DNA from: Camelus ferus
Taxonomy: Eukaryota
Length of the DNA: 64,000 bases
Assembly (NCBI RefSeq): GCF_009834535.1
Contig: NC_045696.1
Coordinates: 37,264,001-37,328,000 of the forward strand
Direction of reading: 5' to 3'
The notes under the pieces were generated by a model, which ran no database searches, had not been told where the DNA came from, and saw nothing but the letters and a program-made list of their open reading frames with translations. Below, piece after piece: positions 37,301 to 50,400 of the stretch. The first letter of the stretch is position 1. The number at the start of each line of letters is the position of its first letter. The position numbers were made by a program, and so were the translations under genes.

Positions 37301-38189
37301 CAAAAGGCAAGGAAGTGAGGTCTTCAGCTGATGAATGCCAACATGGGAAGGGAAACCTAAGTGTCATATAATTTACATCTTTCTTGTCTCAATGCAAGAA
37401 AAACCAGTACATCTTATTTAGATTGACAGAAAGGCTGATGCCACTGAGTACTCAGAACTTCTGCATCATCCACCTGCCTTCCTTGCCGACTCATACTACT
37501 CATTTAAAGCCTTCTTCTCCCTATTCCCCAGAAGTTTGTGAAAGTACACTAAAGCATGTTTTCCATTTACAGCCTTCTACTTGGAGACGTGCAAAGGCAA
37601 GGAATTCTTCATCTGGCAGCTGCATGGAGTTCTGCAAGCAGCAAATTTTGCTCCTTTGATGGAGCAAACAAGTCAGGGTCCAAAAGATGACCACATCAAG
37701 GGGTATGGTGGGCAGCAGGCACTGAGAAACAGGACCAGGTAAATAGGTAGATAGATGATAGATAGATCTCACCCTGAGCTGAAACAAATGCACGCCTCTC
37801 CTCAGTCCCTAAAGAATACGATGCTAGTTCAATTCAAGTTACAGAACTGACAAAGATATTTTACCAAAAAGATAATCCATGGCGATGTAAAAAACAATGT
37901 TCTCTGCCAAGAGCTCAATTAAAAGGAGTAAACCACCAGTTATAAAATAATTAGAAAGAGGAGTAATTTTTAAAGGGCACTGACCTTGCAATATTCCCAT
38001 CCTTCCAGTAAAGAAGTACATTTGATAAAGATGTTCAACCATTATACAGATTTGTAGAAGTTCTTAGGTGAATATCTTTGTTGTTCCATTAATCCCCATG
38101 GCTCTTAATGCTCTAATTATTCTAACTTCTCACGTTGGTACTGTTGCCTGCAAAGTTTTTTCCTCTGTTACTAACCTGTGTTCTGCACT

Positions 38190-38262
38190 TTCTTTCTCTC
38201 TGTTCCCTCCCTCTCTCTCTGTCTCCCTCTCCTTCCTTCTTCCTTCCTTTCTTTCCTTCTCT
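38190..38262. repeat. CT-rich low-complexity tract
   Basis: Read directly. Confidence 0.85.
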
Positions 38263-38399
38263 TATGTTCTTGTAATGGACAAAACTAAATTCTTATTTCC
38301 TTTTGCTTATGAAAGAGTACAGTATTTATGACAACAACTTCCTCATGGGTTTCCAGATCCTTCTACTAGTTTTTTTTCTAGTCATTTATAGATTAACTT

Positions 38400-39150
38400 A
38401 GAGAAATTTGTCCCACCATAGGGGTCTATAATTATTCATAATGTAGATGATTTGCATAATTTCTCTCTGGCTGCTTTCAAGATATTTTTCTTTTCTGTAG
38501 AAGGTGAACTTCTTTAGAAGTTTAAATTATAACGTGTCTTGGATTTCTCTGAATTTATTCTCTTTGAGTTTTACTTAGCCTAGTTGAACCTGTTTGTTCA
38601 TATCTTTTATTAAATTTGGGAAGAGTTTAGACACTACTTCCTTGAATACTTGTTCAATTCCACTCTCTATTTTCCTTTCCTGTTGGATTCTGACATGAGT
38701 GTTATTTCTTTTGTCATAGTTCCACAGGCACCTGAGGCTTTTTGTTTGCCTATTTTCTCTCTATTGGTCAGATGAATAAATTTAATTGATACATCCTCAA
38801 GTTCAATGATCACTAAGTCTGCCATCTCCATTCTCTTGTTGAGACAATCTAATGAGACTTTTCCTGTTATTCAGTTTTTATTCATTATTCTGTTTTAGTT
38901 TTATAATTTCTATGTTTATAGTTTATATTTCTTTGCTTATATTTTCTTTCTTTCCTTCATCTGGTCCAAGATTTTTAAAATAATGGCTTGCTAATATAAT
39001 TTTGATTCCATGTAAACATTTTAAAGCAGGCAATCCCTACTGAGGTTTACCGTAAGGGCCTTTGGGTGTGTATGCATAGAGTTTCCAGTTAGGCCCTGCT
39101 TTCACCACCCCAGCAAAGCAGGCGCTGACTCACATTGCCTCTTTACAGGT
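38400..39150 (-). mobile_element. Ancient LINE-1 ORF1 / 5' fragment (L1MC-type)
   Basis: TTCTCTCTGGCTGCTTTCAAGAT (ILKAARE antisense), TAAATTTGGGAAG, GCCATCTCCATTCTCTTGTTGAG. Confidence 0.7.
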
Positions 39151-39269
39151 TTATGGGATCAAAGTATATAGTACATATTTAAATATATTGGTGTTATTGA
39201 ATAATCAGATTCTATCACTATGGAAAGCGCAAAAGTGGAGAGAAAAAAAAGGAAAAGAGCACAGTGATG

Positions 39270-40570
39270 CTGGTTTGAATGGAGTTATTAGCAGCAACTC
39301 ACTTCCATTAACCCTGTCTACTGAAAAGCCTAGAAACAATGCTGCCCTAATGTAATACTCTGTAGGTCTAGTTGCCCAGAATTTGATTTCTAAATACTAC
39401 ACCACTCTAAATGATGAGAGTTTTTTGTTGTTGAAGATTTAGAAGATCATGTCAAATGACAGAGAAAACATCTTGAAGGAATCTCACTTTCCAAATTTGG
39501 GACAATTATTGAAAAATAACAATCATGGTAGTAGATTATAGTGAAGTGAATAAAACATAAGCATTAACTACATGTGGCACACAAACACACATATACACAC
39601 ACACAGATACACATGCATCCAAGAGTTTGGAAGAAAAAAGCTCTTCCAAAGAAAAAAATGCCAATAATTTAAAAAGAATGATAGATACAGAGTTTCACAT
39701 TTTTCAGTCATCAGAGTATTAACTGACTGACTTAGACATCAGTAATTATTTTAGTAACTGTGTATTTGATAATGTGATTACTAATTAACATTATAAAATT
39801 ATACTTTTACAGTGAAGAAATCTGGACACCACCTTAAATCTAGTAATCAAACTTAGTATCTACAATAATACTACAAAATGACTTTATGGCTTTATTCGTG
39901 TGAGGAACTGAAAATGACATATAATTTTTACAGAACTCTTCACAAAGGATGTTTAATCTGAATAAGGAGATAGTAATCAAATTCAAATTGGGAGACATAC
40001 AACACACACTCAGGAAAACCTGAACTAAGATATCAAAGACAGGAAAAACAGGAAATCAAGGAAACTGTTCTATTTTAAAGGAGATCAAAGGAAAAAGAGA
40101 TTAAGGGAGATTAAAAAGAAAGATTAAAGAGATCAAAGGAGAAAAAGAAATGCCTACTAAATTCATTGCATGGTCCTTGGTTAGATTTGGGATTTAAAAA
40201 AATTATAAACCAGACATAAAGGACGTTACTGAATCAATAGGAAAAAATAATCTGTTTACTAGATAATTTCATTAAGTTGAAGCTCTTGAATGTTTTATGA
40301 TTAAGCAGAAAAATGCACTTTTTATTTAGAGATGCATGTTAAAGTAACTAGGAGTAACATATCACAACATTAGCAAGTTAACATAAATTATTCAACTGAA
40401 GCCAAGTATACATCTGTGCTAGATCCAGAACTATATTAGAAAAAGAGAAAGAGGAATAAAGCTCATGTGGCCAATGTTAACATCTGATGTGTCAAAGGAA
40501 AAGGTACATATGTAGGTACTCATTTCAATGTTTTCCTTGGAGCTAAGAAATTTTAAATAAAAAGATGGGA
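39270..40570 (+). mobile_element. Ancient LINE-1 long 3' UTR (L1MC4/5-type)
   Basis: CTTTTACAGTGAAGAAATCTGGACACCACCTTAA, GAGATGCATGTTAAAGTA and ATGTGGCCAATGTTAACA..TTTTAAATAAAAAG. Confidence 0.65.
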
Positions 40571-41229
40571 ACAAAACCAAACACCAAAAAGCAGAAGAGA
40601 CAAATGAATATAATTAATTTTTGAGTATTTCTTTACTTGATAAATTAGACTGAGTCCTTCATGTTTATAATCTAGGGAAATTATAAAATGTAGGCTTTGT
40701 TTATCTTTCATGTACATATGCTACAAAGTACATTTTAATTGGTTTAAAATGCATATAAGTTTCCAAAGGAATGAAAACGCAAGCACATCTATACCCAAGT
40801 GATTGAAATATTTCCTTTAGAGTTCTTTTTAAGTAAATAAGTAGGTATATAATTAAGAAGAAAAAAATTACTATTTACCTGTGAGAGATATCTTTAATCT
40901 CTGAGTTTGCCTGAGTAGAGAAGTTATGTGTTTTATAAATTGGTGCTATAAAACCACTTGCCTTTTTTCTCTCCAATATTATCATTATTTATTCAGTTTG
41001 AATAAATGTTAGTTTATTTTTTAATACTCTTTATGAGGATTCTTAGAAAGAATTCATAAGATTATATAATTTTATAATTTATCATACTTTGAAAAAAATT
41101 ATGTCATTAAGGAAAAATGAAATTATGATAAGGACTCATTCCTAGGGCCAAAAAAAAAAAAAAAGAAGATTCCACATTAAAATTTGATGTTCTTCAGGTA
41201 TGTATCCTCAATGCATATTAACTCATCCA

Positions 41230-41385
41230 AGTTGTACATATAACTTTGCTTAGTCTCATTTTTTTATTGTAAAATGGGAGTAAGAGTACTTTATAATGTT
41301 GTAACAAGTAGTTACATAGAAAGAGGAATATGCCTAATATGAATGTATACAAGTAGTTAATTGCTCAATAAATGATAAACAGTTA
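41230..41385 (+). mobile_element. MIR SINE remnant
   Basis: AGTCTCATTTTTTTATTGTAAAATGGGAGTAAGAGTAC..GCTCAATAAATG. Confidence 0.6.
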
Positions 41386-42689
41386 TTGATATGTTTCTTA
41401 ATGCCAAGAAGGCCTATTTTGCTTTCTCATGTGATCCACATGAAGTCTTATCATCTTTTATATCAGCTTTTCCAAGGATTTGCAAAAGGTGAGTATTATT
41501 GTATGATTACCTTTACTGTATTTGTGTGTGTGTATAGCTTTCATCTCAAAAATGAATGGCAAACATATTTTTTAATTATTCAAATTTAAGTTTCTCAACA
41601 TCTCAATGAAGATTTAAGAGATAATCTAAGTTAGAATGTTTTATACAATAAAAATGGAATATGTTCAAATTAATGTGTAAGCAAAATTTAAGAGAACTTC
41701 TTTAATGAATATCTTTTTTCTCTAAATTACTATCACTTATTAAAAGAATTTAACACATAATTTTGGAGACTTTATACTGTGTATAACACATTTTCATGAG
41801 GAATTTGTTGATTACTATGTAGATTGAATATATCAATTAAAAGATTAATTGCAATAACCTAAATGCATGAATATGATAACCTGAGAATTTGGAAGTTTTG
41901 CTTGCAGTGCTTAAATTTTTATACCATTTAAATATATTATCTTTTGAGAGTTTAATATATTTATATGGAAATTAGATATTCAAAGAAAAGTTTTATGAAA
42001 TAATTTTTATTATATTCCATGGGTAAAGACTCATATTAAATAATCAGTTACTATTGCAGAATAAAAAGTTTATATAATGGAGAACATTCCCATAGAAACC
42101 TACTTCTAAGTAAACTCCACCAGGTAAAAATAATTGAATTTGACTTTTTTTAATTAGCTAATATCAAATAAATTACTTTTTAAAGAAACTTCATATCTAT
42201 CCTGTGTCTCCATCCAACCTTCCCTGCATGACCTTAGAACTCACTTTACCTTCAATGAGGAGGTAAAAGAAAACAATCAAAAAAATATAACTACATATTA
42301 TCATCAGTGGTGGATCTTTGAGTGCACAGGAGAGGTTGGCAATTATCTTAAAAATTAGATTTAGGCAAATTCTTCTTTTGAAATCTATAGACATTACTTT
42401 TTTGAAGTTGTGCTCTATTTCACTTCCTTCTGTCTTCTGTGAGTGTATTTCATAGGGCAAGCCCAGTACTGTCTACAAGATGAGACTCTCCTCTCCAACT
42501 TAGGATCACTCAGCCATTGGTTATCCAAAATTATTATTCACATTACTTGGAGAAACCGTTTTAAGAATATGTTCCCTTTAGCTCTATTGTAGACCTACTA
42601 ATTCAAAATCTCTGTGATTGAGAAAGATTGTATTGAGCCACCAGAATGTACATTTTTATGTAGTACTTTAAAATATATTTTAAACAATC

Positions 42690-45600
42690 TTTTGATTTAT
42701 TTTTTGAAGTGTTGTCGATTTACAGTATTATGTTAGTTTCAGGTATAAAGCATGAAAGATACTGGATAAAATTCCTTGTGCTACAGAGTAAATTCTTGTC
42801 TGTTTCATGTACAGTAGTTTGTATCTGTTAATCCTTTAGTCCTAATTTGTCCCTCCCCAACACCTCCCTTTTGGTAACCATAAATTTGTTTCCTATGTCT
42901 GAATCTGTTTCTGTTTTATTGTGTAGATTCACTTGTATTAATTTTTAGATCCCACATATATATCATATAGTATTTGTCTTTCTCTGACTTATATCGCTAA
43001 GCATATTTTCTAGGTCCATCCTTGTTGCCACAAATGGCAAATTTCATTAGATTTATGGCTGAATAATATTCCATTATATATAGTGTATTTAATATACATA
43101 TATATTATATATGTATACATACATACATATTTAGGTATATAAATACACTATACACCCCCCCCCCATCTTCTTAAGCCAACTGTCTGTTGATGGGCACTAG
43201 GGTTGCTTCCATGTCTTGGCTATTATAAATACTGCTGCTATGAACACTGGGTTGCATGTATCTTTTTCAGTTAGAGCTTTGGGTTTTATTTTTGGTTTAT
43301 TTATTTATTTATTTATTTTTTGGTATGTATCCAGGAGTACAATTGCTGGAAGATATGGTAGCTCTACTTTTAATTTTTAGGGATCCTCCATACTGTTTTC
43401 CATAGTGGCTGCACCAATTTAAATTCCCACAAACTGTGTATAAGGATTCCTTTTCACTCGTACATGATGATGTACAAGGTACGACGTTGACACCTCACTT
43501 TGGTTTTGATTTGTATTTCTCTAATAATTAGCAATGTTGAGCATCTTTTCATGTGCCTGTTAGCCATCTGTATGTCTGATTTGGAGAAATGTCTATTTAG
43601 GTCTTCTGCACATTTTTTTAAAATTTTATTTTATTGAGTTATAGTCAGTTTACAATGTTGTGTTAATTTCCAGTGTAGAACACAATTTTTCAGTTATACA
43701 TGAATATATGTATATTCATTGTCACTGTTCTGCACATTTTTTGATTGGGCTGTTTTCTGTTATTGAGTTGTATGAGCTGTTTGTATATTTTGTGTATTAA
43801 CCCCCTTGTTTGCAAATATATTCTCTCATTCTGTAGGTTGTCTTTTCATTTTGTAGATAGTTTCCTTTGCTGTGCAAAAGCTTTTAAGTTTGATTAGGTC
43901 TTTCTTGTTTATTTTTGCTTTTATTTCTTCTGCCTTGGGAGACTGATCTAAGAAAATATTACTACAATTTATGCCTAAGAATGCTTTGCCTATGTTCTCT
44001 TCTAGGACTTTTATGGTGTCATGTCTTCCATTTAGGTCTTTAAACCATTTTGAGTTTACTTTTGTATATGGTATAAAGGAATGTTCTAACTTTATTGATT
44101 TATATATAGCTGTACATCTTTCCCAACACCATAAATTGAAGAGACTTCTTTCTCCATTGTATATTTTTGCCTTCTTTGTCAAAGATTAATTGACCATAGA
44201 TGTATGGGGTTATTTCTGGGTTCTCTAGCCTGTTCCATTGAACCACACTGTTTTTATTACTGTAGCTTTGTAGTACAGTCTGAAGTCTGGGTGGGTTACA
44301 CTTCCAGCTTTATTGTTTTTTCTCAGGATTCCTTTGGCAATTCTGGGCCTTTTTTGATTCCATAAGAATTTAGGATTATTTGTTCTAATTCTGTGAAAAA
44401 AAAGCATAGGTAATTTGATAGGGAATCACATTAAATCTGTACATTGCTTTGGACAGTATGGCCATTTTAACTGTATTAATTCTTCCAGTCAAAGAGCATT
44501 GGACATCTTTCCATTTCTTTGAATCATCTTCAGTTCCCTTTATCAGTGTTTTATAGTTCAATGTATAGCTCTTTCACTTCCTTGGTTAAGTTTATTCCTA
44601 GGTTTTTGCTTTTTTTGTTTTGTTTTGGGTTTTTTTGATGCAGCTTTAAATGGGATTTTTTTTTAACTTTCCATTTTTGATATAATTATTATTCCAGTGT
44701 GTAAAAACACAACAGATTTCTGTATGTTAATCTTATCCTGTTACCTTGCTGAATATATTTATTAGTTCTAATAGTTCTTCTTTGGCATCTTTAGAGTTCT
44801 CTATATAAGGTACCATGTTATCTGCATATAGTGACAGTTTTATGTCTTTCCTTCCAATTTGGATACTTTTTATTTCTTTTTCTTCTCTGATTGCTGTGGC
44901 TAGGGCTTCCAATATTATGTTGAATAGAAGCAGTGAGCATGGGCAATCCATGTCTCATCCTGAATTTAGTGAGAAGGCTTTCAGCTTTTCATCTTTGGGT
45001 ATCATGTTGGGTATGGGTTTGTTGTAAATGGCCTTTATTATATTGAGATATGTTCCCTCTATACCCACACTTTGGTGAGAGTTTTACCATGAATGGATGT
45101 TGAAGTTCATCAAATGCTTTTTCTGCATCTACTGAGATAATCATATGGTTTTTTACTTTCCTTTTGTTAATTTGGTATACTACACTGATTTGGGTAAGTT
45201 GAACCATTCCTGTAACCCTGGAATAAATCCCATTTGATCATGGCATATACTCCTCTTTAAGTAAGGTTGAATTTGGTTTGCTGATATTTCATTGAGGATT
45301 ATTGAATGTGTGTTCATCAAATATATTGGCCTGTAGTTTTCTTTCTTTATAGTGTCTTTTCCTGGTTTTGGTATAAGGGTAATTGTGGCTTCATGGAATG
45401 AATTTGAGCGTATTCCCTCCTTTTCAATTTTTTTTGAAATATTTGAGAAGGGTGGGTATAAATTCTTCTTTATATGTTTGGTATAATTCCCCAGTGAAGA
45501 CACCTGTTTTAGGATTTTTGGCTGGGGGTCAGGGTGTTGTGGCTGCGGGCATTGAGATGGCTACACTCCTGCTAGAGATCTGAGTTGCCCCTGTGCAGTC

Positions 45601-46336
45601 TTCTCCAGGACCTGTCTGCCCCAGATCCAGAGAGAAGCTCCTCGTGGAGTGAGTATGGCTGAAGTGCCCTCACTTGGCTGGGAGACAGACTGTAGTGTGT
45701 CCTGTGGTGTAGAGTTTGCTGACAAGTGGCTTCAGCCACCTCACCAATGCCACACCCCAGGCCTCTGGGCTATTTCTACTTAGCTAGACTAAGTCCAGGC
45801 TCCTGCCAAGCTGTGGTGTAGAGTAAGCGGGGCTAGGGTGTTTGGCCCATTCAGATTGGGAAGTGGGAGTTTGGCAAGGTGGCAGCTGCCAGTGCAAGGC
45901 TCTTTCCACCCTGATTGTTGGCAAACCAGCACATGCACACTACTCGTGAGTAGAGTCTAGACTTCTTCAGCCCTTCTATCTGTCCTGTTGGTTCTCCCAA
46001 TAGCCAAGGGGGCTTTTCTCCTCTGCTCAGGCCCCCAGGACGGGGATGCCTAGACTGTGGCTCCATGTGCTCACTCTTTACGCTGAGAGTTCACCGATGC
46101 ATACCTTCTCTTCCTTTCAGATCCCTCTGTATCGGGGTTCTTGACCCTCTGCCTTTTATGTGTCCTACCCAGTTATGTAGAGCTCTTTCTTTCAGTTTTG
46201 ATTGTATAGGAGTTCTTCTGCTCATTTCCACTTAGTTTTCCATGAGAACTGTTCCAACTGTAGGTGTATTTTTGATCTGTTTGTGAGAATAGGTGGCTCC
46301 ACATCCTCCTATTCTACCATCATGATTCCTCTTCCT
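42690..46336 (-). mobile_element. LINE-1 with 5' UTR joined directly to mid-ORF2 (ORF1 and endonuclease missing)
   Basis: ORF2 peptides in ORFs 43826-44182, 44733-44951 (LSLYADNM) and 45180-45503 (NSFHEATITLIPKPGKD..ENYRPI); switches at ~45530 to a GC-richer L1 5' UTR ending ~46336. Confidence 0.9.
43618..43727 (-). mobile_element. ~110-bp young L1 3' tail insertion with 14-bp TSD
   Basis: TTCTGCACATTTTT at 43604-43617 and 43728-43741; insert is antisense to the L1 tail at ~54340-54449. Confidence 0.9.
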
Positions 46337-46557
46337 CAAAAGAGATTATTTTATACTTTATATTTGAAAGCCAAACTTGTATGTATTCCAGGAATATAGG
46401 CAAGAAACTTCACTCTTAAGACTTTTTGAGCCTTGCCCATGAATCACTATCAGGTCATTCAACCCAACATCACAAGGAAAAAGCCCTGACATCAATTTGG
46501 AGCTGAGTAGAGTTCAAATATAGTGAAGGGCCATGTTTCTGTGAACGTATCCCTCCA

Positions 46558-46615
46558 GTGTATGTGTATGTGTGTGTGTGTGTGTGTGTGTGCGTGTGTG
46601 TGCACGCATGCGTGT
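46558..46615. repeat. (TG)n-rich alternating purine-pyrimidine tract
   Basis: Read directly. Confidence 0.95.
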
Positions 46616-47149
46616 TTTCAGAAGCTGAGTAAAATGGAGTGGAAGTAGTAGTAAAGAGTTAGAAAATTGTAATTCTACATATTTTCACTTAGAAATCATG
46701 CCTGCATCAAACCAAGCAAGGGTTTTGAGATCTCGATGCTGAGCACATGTAGTAAACTTAGAGATAATCAATGGTACTGATATGTACGTATTATTTTTTT
46801 CTTCTCCTTCTCCAATATGGTTTATGAATGACCTGTTATATAGAAGAACAAAATTGGGGTGCAGATTTCAAAAATAGGCATAATATTTTATATTTAAGAT
46901 ATATTTTAAATAATAATCCAAACTTACACTATATATACACATAGGTACGTGTGTGTGTAGTTATACAAAGCACATAGCTACTCAAAACAGTAATCAAAAT
47001 GAGGTATTAGACATCATTACTATTATCAATTATAACCAAAACTACAACAACATAGGAGAACTAGAGAGAATTATCATATAAGGGCTTAAGTGTTTATGTG
47101 TTATGTGTCTGTGCATATGTAGATTTTTAGTGTTGTTGATGATGATAAT

Positions 47150-47480
47150 GTTGTTATGACAGACACATGTTCCTCTGTGTGACAGGAGCCACAGTGCTTA
47201 TACCACTTCTGTTCTAAACTTCCTTTGCTACAAGCGTGAGGAAAGGTGGCTGACAAATGTGTCAGCCATAGGGTATAGTCACAGGAAGTCTTCCAGCAGT
47301 GATATTCCTAAGTAGGGAGATATACAAGGTGCTCATTCCCCCTTTTCCCTACTTACTTTATGTAACACAGAACTGATTTCAGGAACAGCAATAGCATTTT
47401 GGAGCCATGAGTGAAAGGCCAAGAAAATAAGTCATTGGAGTTGTCAAATTTAAGCTATGTAACCATGAGCAACTTTACTG
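47150..47480 (+). mobile_element. Degenerate old MLT1-type LTR
   Basis: CAGCAATAGCATTTTGGAGCCATGAGTGAAAGGCCAAGAAAAT resembles MLT1J/K as recalled. Confidence 0.4.
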
Positions 47481-47499
47481 GTAAGAATACTTATAAATA

Positions 47500-48330
47500 A
47501 AAACATTAAAGTTCCAAAGAAAGTTGAACAAGATATTCTAACAGGCAAAACCAGAAAGAATATTGTTGGGAAAAATAGATGCTCAATCTCAATATTACTG
47601 AAGGAAAATGCAAATAAAATAAACACTCATCCATATAGTGTGAAATAGGGGTTAGGATGAAAGACAATAAAAAGTTTTATGCATTTTTTGGTGGAGCATT
47701 TTTATGCCAAGTCATTTTTCCCTACCAATTATAGATAATGACATAAATGCCCTAATATTTCTCAATTGTATCTATACAGGAATCTATACAGTATCTAAAG
47801 ATACTGCCACACAATATCCAAAGATACATGTGCAAATATGTTTGCTCCATGCTGCAAGGAATGGTAAAAAGTTGAGGGAAAAATGGAGATACTAACACCT
47901 CATGGGGGTAATAGATACATAAATTGAGTTAGTCAAATAATGTAATACTTTACAAAAATTAGAGGGAATATACTGTTCTCCATACGTCAACATGGAAAAA
48001 AGCAAAGGTATTATGTCAAGTTAAAAAAGTAAATTACAAAGTATGCCTAGTAGGATAGCATTTATGTTCATTTTAAACACATATACACACCACACATATT
48101 CTTTTCATATTTTTACTTTATATGTAGAAATTCATAAAAATGAAAATGCAAACATACGTGCTTGCACATTCACATACATGTTTATAAATATAGTAAAAAT
48201 AAAAAATAAAATCATTCATTGCTGTAAGATTTTCCAAGCTCAGGATAGTGTTTGTATCTCAGGAGCAAGGGGTAATGGGTTGCTGGACAAAATTTTAGCT
48301 ATTTGATATATATAATTTATATTTTATAGA
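47500..48330 (+). mobile_element. Ancient L1ME-type 3' fragment
   Basis: AGATGCTCAATCTCA..GGAAAATGCAAATAAAA, AAAGATACATGTGCAAATATGTTTG, GTCAACATGG. Confidence 0.55.
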
Positions 48331-49469
48331 TATATTAATATAAATTGAAAATATAATAAATATTAATATATTGTGTTTTGTTAGTTTAATGACAGCTGTA
48401 ATTATATGAAATTTCTGTTTTTTTAGTTTCTATAGTTATGCTTATTAAATATTTTATATTTTATATTTTAATAAAAGAAATTTCCAGGACCAAAGTTTAA
48501 CAAATGATGATTAACAAAAATACAGTCTACCTGATACAGAAGCCATTTGAATTTCCTCTGTCATCAGACAAGCTGACTAGAGCAGTATTATATTAGGATA
48601 TAAAAATGACCTTGAGTGATTATTTTCATATAATATGGCCAACTATCCATTGAGAGATTTTTCCCTATGGAAGCAAAATTCCAATTCATAATACCAATGA
48701 ATGATGCTTTGGCAGAAAAATTGCCAATAATGGCATTTAAGTCTTTGGAAATTATGATATCAGCTAATGAAGTCTTAGAGTATATAACACTCAGACAACT
48801 GTCAAATTGATTCCAGGCCTTGAGGGATCTGAACGTTCGTTAGCATGAGTGTCATATATTAACACATGCCCAGTCATTCATTTTGGGACACTAAATTAGG
48901 CTAAGGAAAAAGAAAAAAGCTCTTATTAAAGTGCTGTGATATTCAAGGTCATGTGAATGTGACTAACCTATAGCTGCCTAAATCATTTTGCAAGATGACT
49001 GGATAAGAAAATGGCTTAAAATCTTGCAAGATATGAATTTTTCTTCTAAAACTCAGGTCTCCTCTACAAAAATGATTTTAAACTTTCAGAAACTTCTTAG
49101 AGAATAAAAATGTCTGCATTTGTCCCATTATCCTTTTCAGTTCCAGCAAACAACTACAAAGTAATAGAAGCCATGGTCTAAAGTACCTTCAGTATAACAA
49201 TCAGGACACTCACGTGCCTGTTAAAATTTAGAGCTAGTGCATTCCTTTGCATTGTATTGCTAATATTGGCAGGTTATGGCAGGCCTAATTTAGCTGAGTT
49301 GGCACACATAATAGACCAAATTTCTAAACAATTACTTTGAGACAAAAGGAGATTTCTCAGTCTCAGGATTTCCACCTTCTACTGCTTTCTGTCTTAACCT
49401 CTTGCTTGTTTTTGTCATAGTAATTATCACAACTGGTAAGTAATTCTTAGTTTATTATCATGTTATGAT

Positions 49470-49628
49470 TTAATTGTTTGCTTTCACTCACCTCTAGAGA
49501 TAATTCACTATTTAGGGGCCATATAGCTCAGTTTCACATGTGTACACCAATCCTTAGCATGTTACCAAACAATAGCAGGGTTCATTAAATATCTAGTGAC
49601 AAAATGAATGCCTCAATGAGTGAATGAA
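49470..49628 (+). mobile_element. L2 3' end remnant
   Basis: CCTTAGCATG..TAGCAGGGTTCATTAAATAT..AATGAGTGAATGAA. Confidence 0.5.
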
Positions 49629-50400
49629 ACAAGACAGAGGTCATTACTGTAATTAACGTTAATGTGGCTATGCAAAGAGAATATGTTAAGAGACAGCTTG
49701 GCTGAGTCCAAGAATTTATAAAAAAGAAAACACAAAAAAACTTGTAAATAACACTACTGGTAACCAGAGTGACAATATGAAGAAGTGTCAATTTTGTCAG
49801 TTCTATAGAACCAGAGTAAACTTATAGGAAATACTAACCAATAATTTTTGAAATAAGAATAAAGCAGAGAAACCAACTGATTGTGAAGCTTGCTTTTTTA
49901 AAAGAATTCTAAATGTGGTTCCAGGGAAGAAGATCAGGGATAAATTCTTGGTCCTCTAAAATAATAACAACAACATTAGAAGTAGGATTTGCTTTGAAGA
50001 GTTTCACTCTATCCTTAACACCATCAACCAATTTCTCTATAAAGAAAACTGGTTAAAGTGATTCTTTGCTGGAAGAGATGATTAGCAACAAATTTACTCA
50101 GTTACTCAAGTCAAATACTTAGAATCCCCTGAAGCCCTTCCACTCCATAGGACACTTATATCCAGTTAGAAATCTAATCCATAAATTCTAGTTGTATCTT
50201 GAATCTGTTCTCACCTGTCCATTAACAGTAATAATTTGGCTCCAAATTTTACCATTCATATATGAATTATTAGAAAACTCTGCTAACTACTTTTTTATCA
50301 GTTGATCTGGCAACTTTAAATTCATCCTCCAAGTTCCATGTCAGAAGAATGTCTAAATTATTCAACCAGTTAAAATATTTTGATTGTTAAGCATAGCTTC

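Noticed and set aside
40078..40150. Imperfect ~10-bp GAGATTAAAG/GAGATCAAAG repeats
   Set aside because: Local slippage within an old L1 3' UTR.
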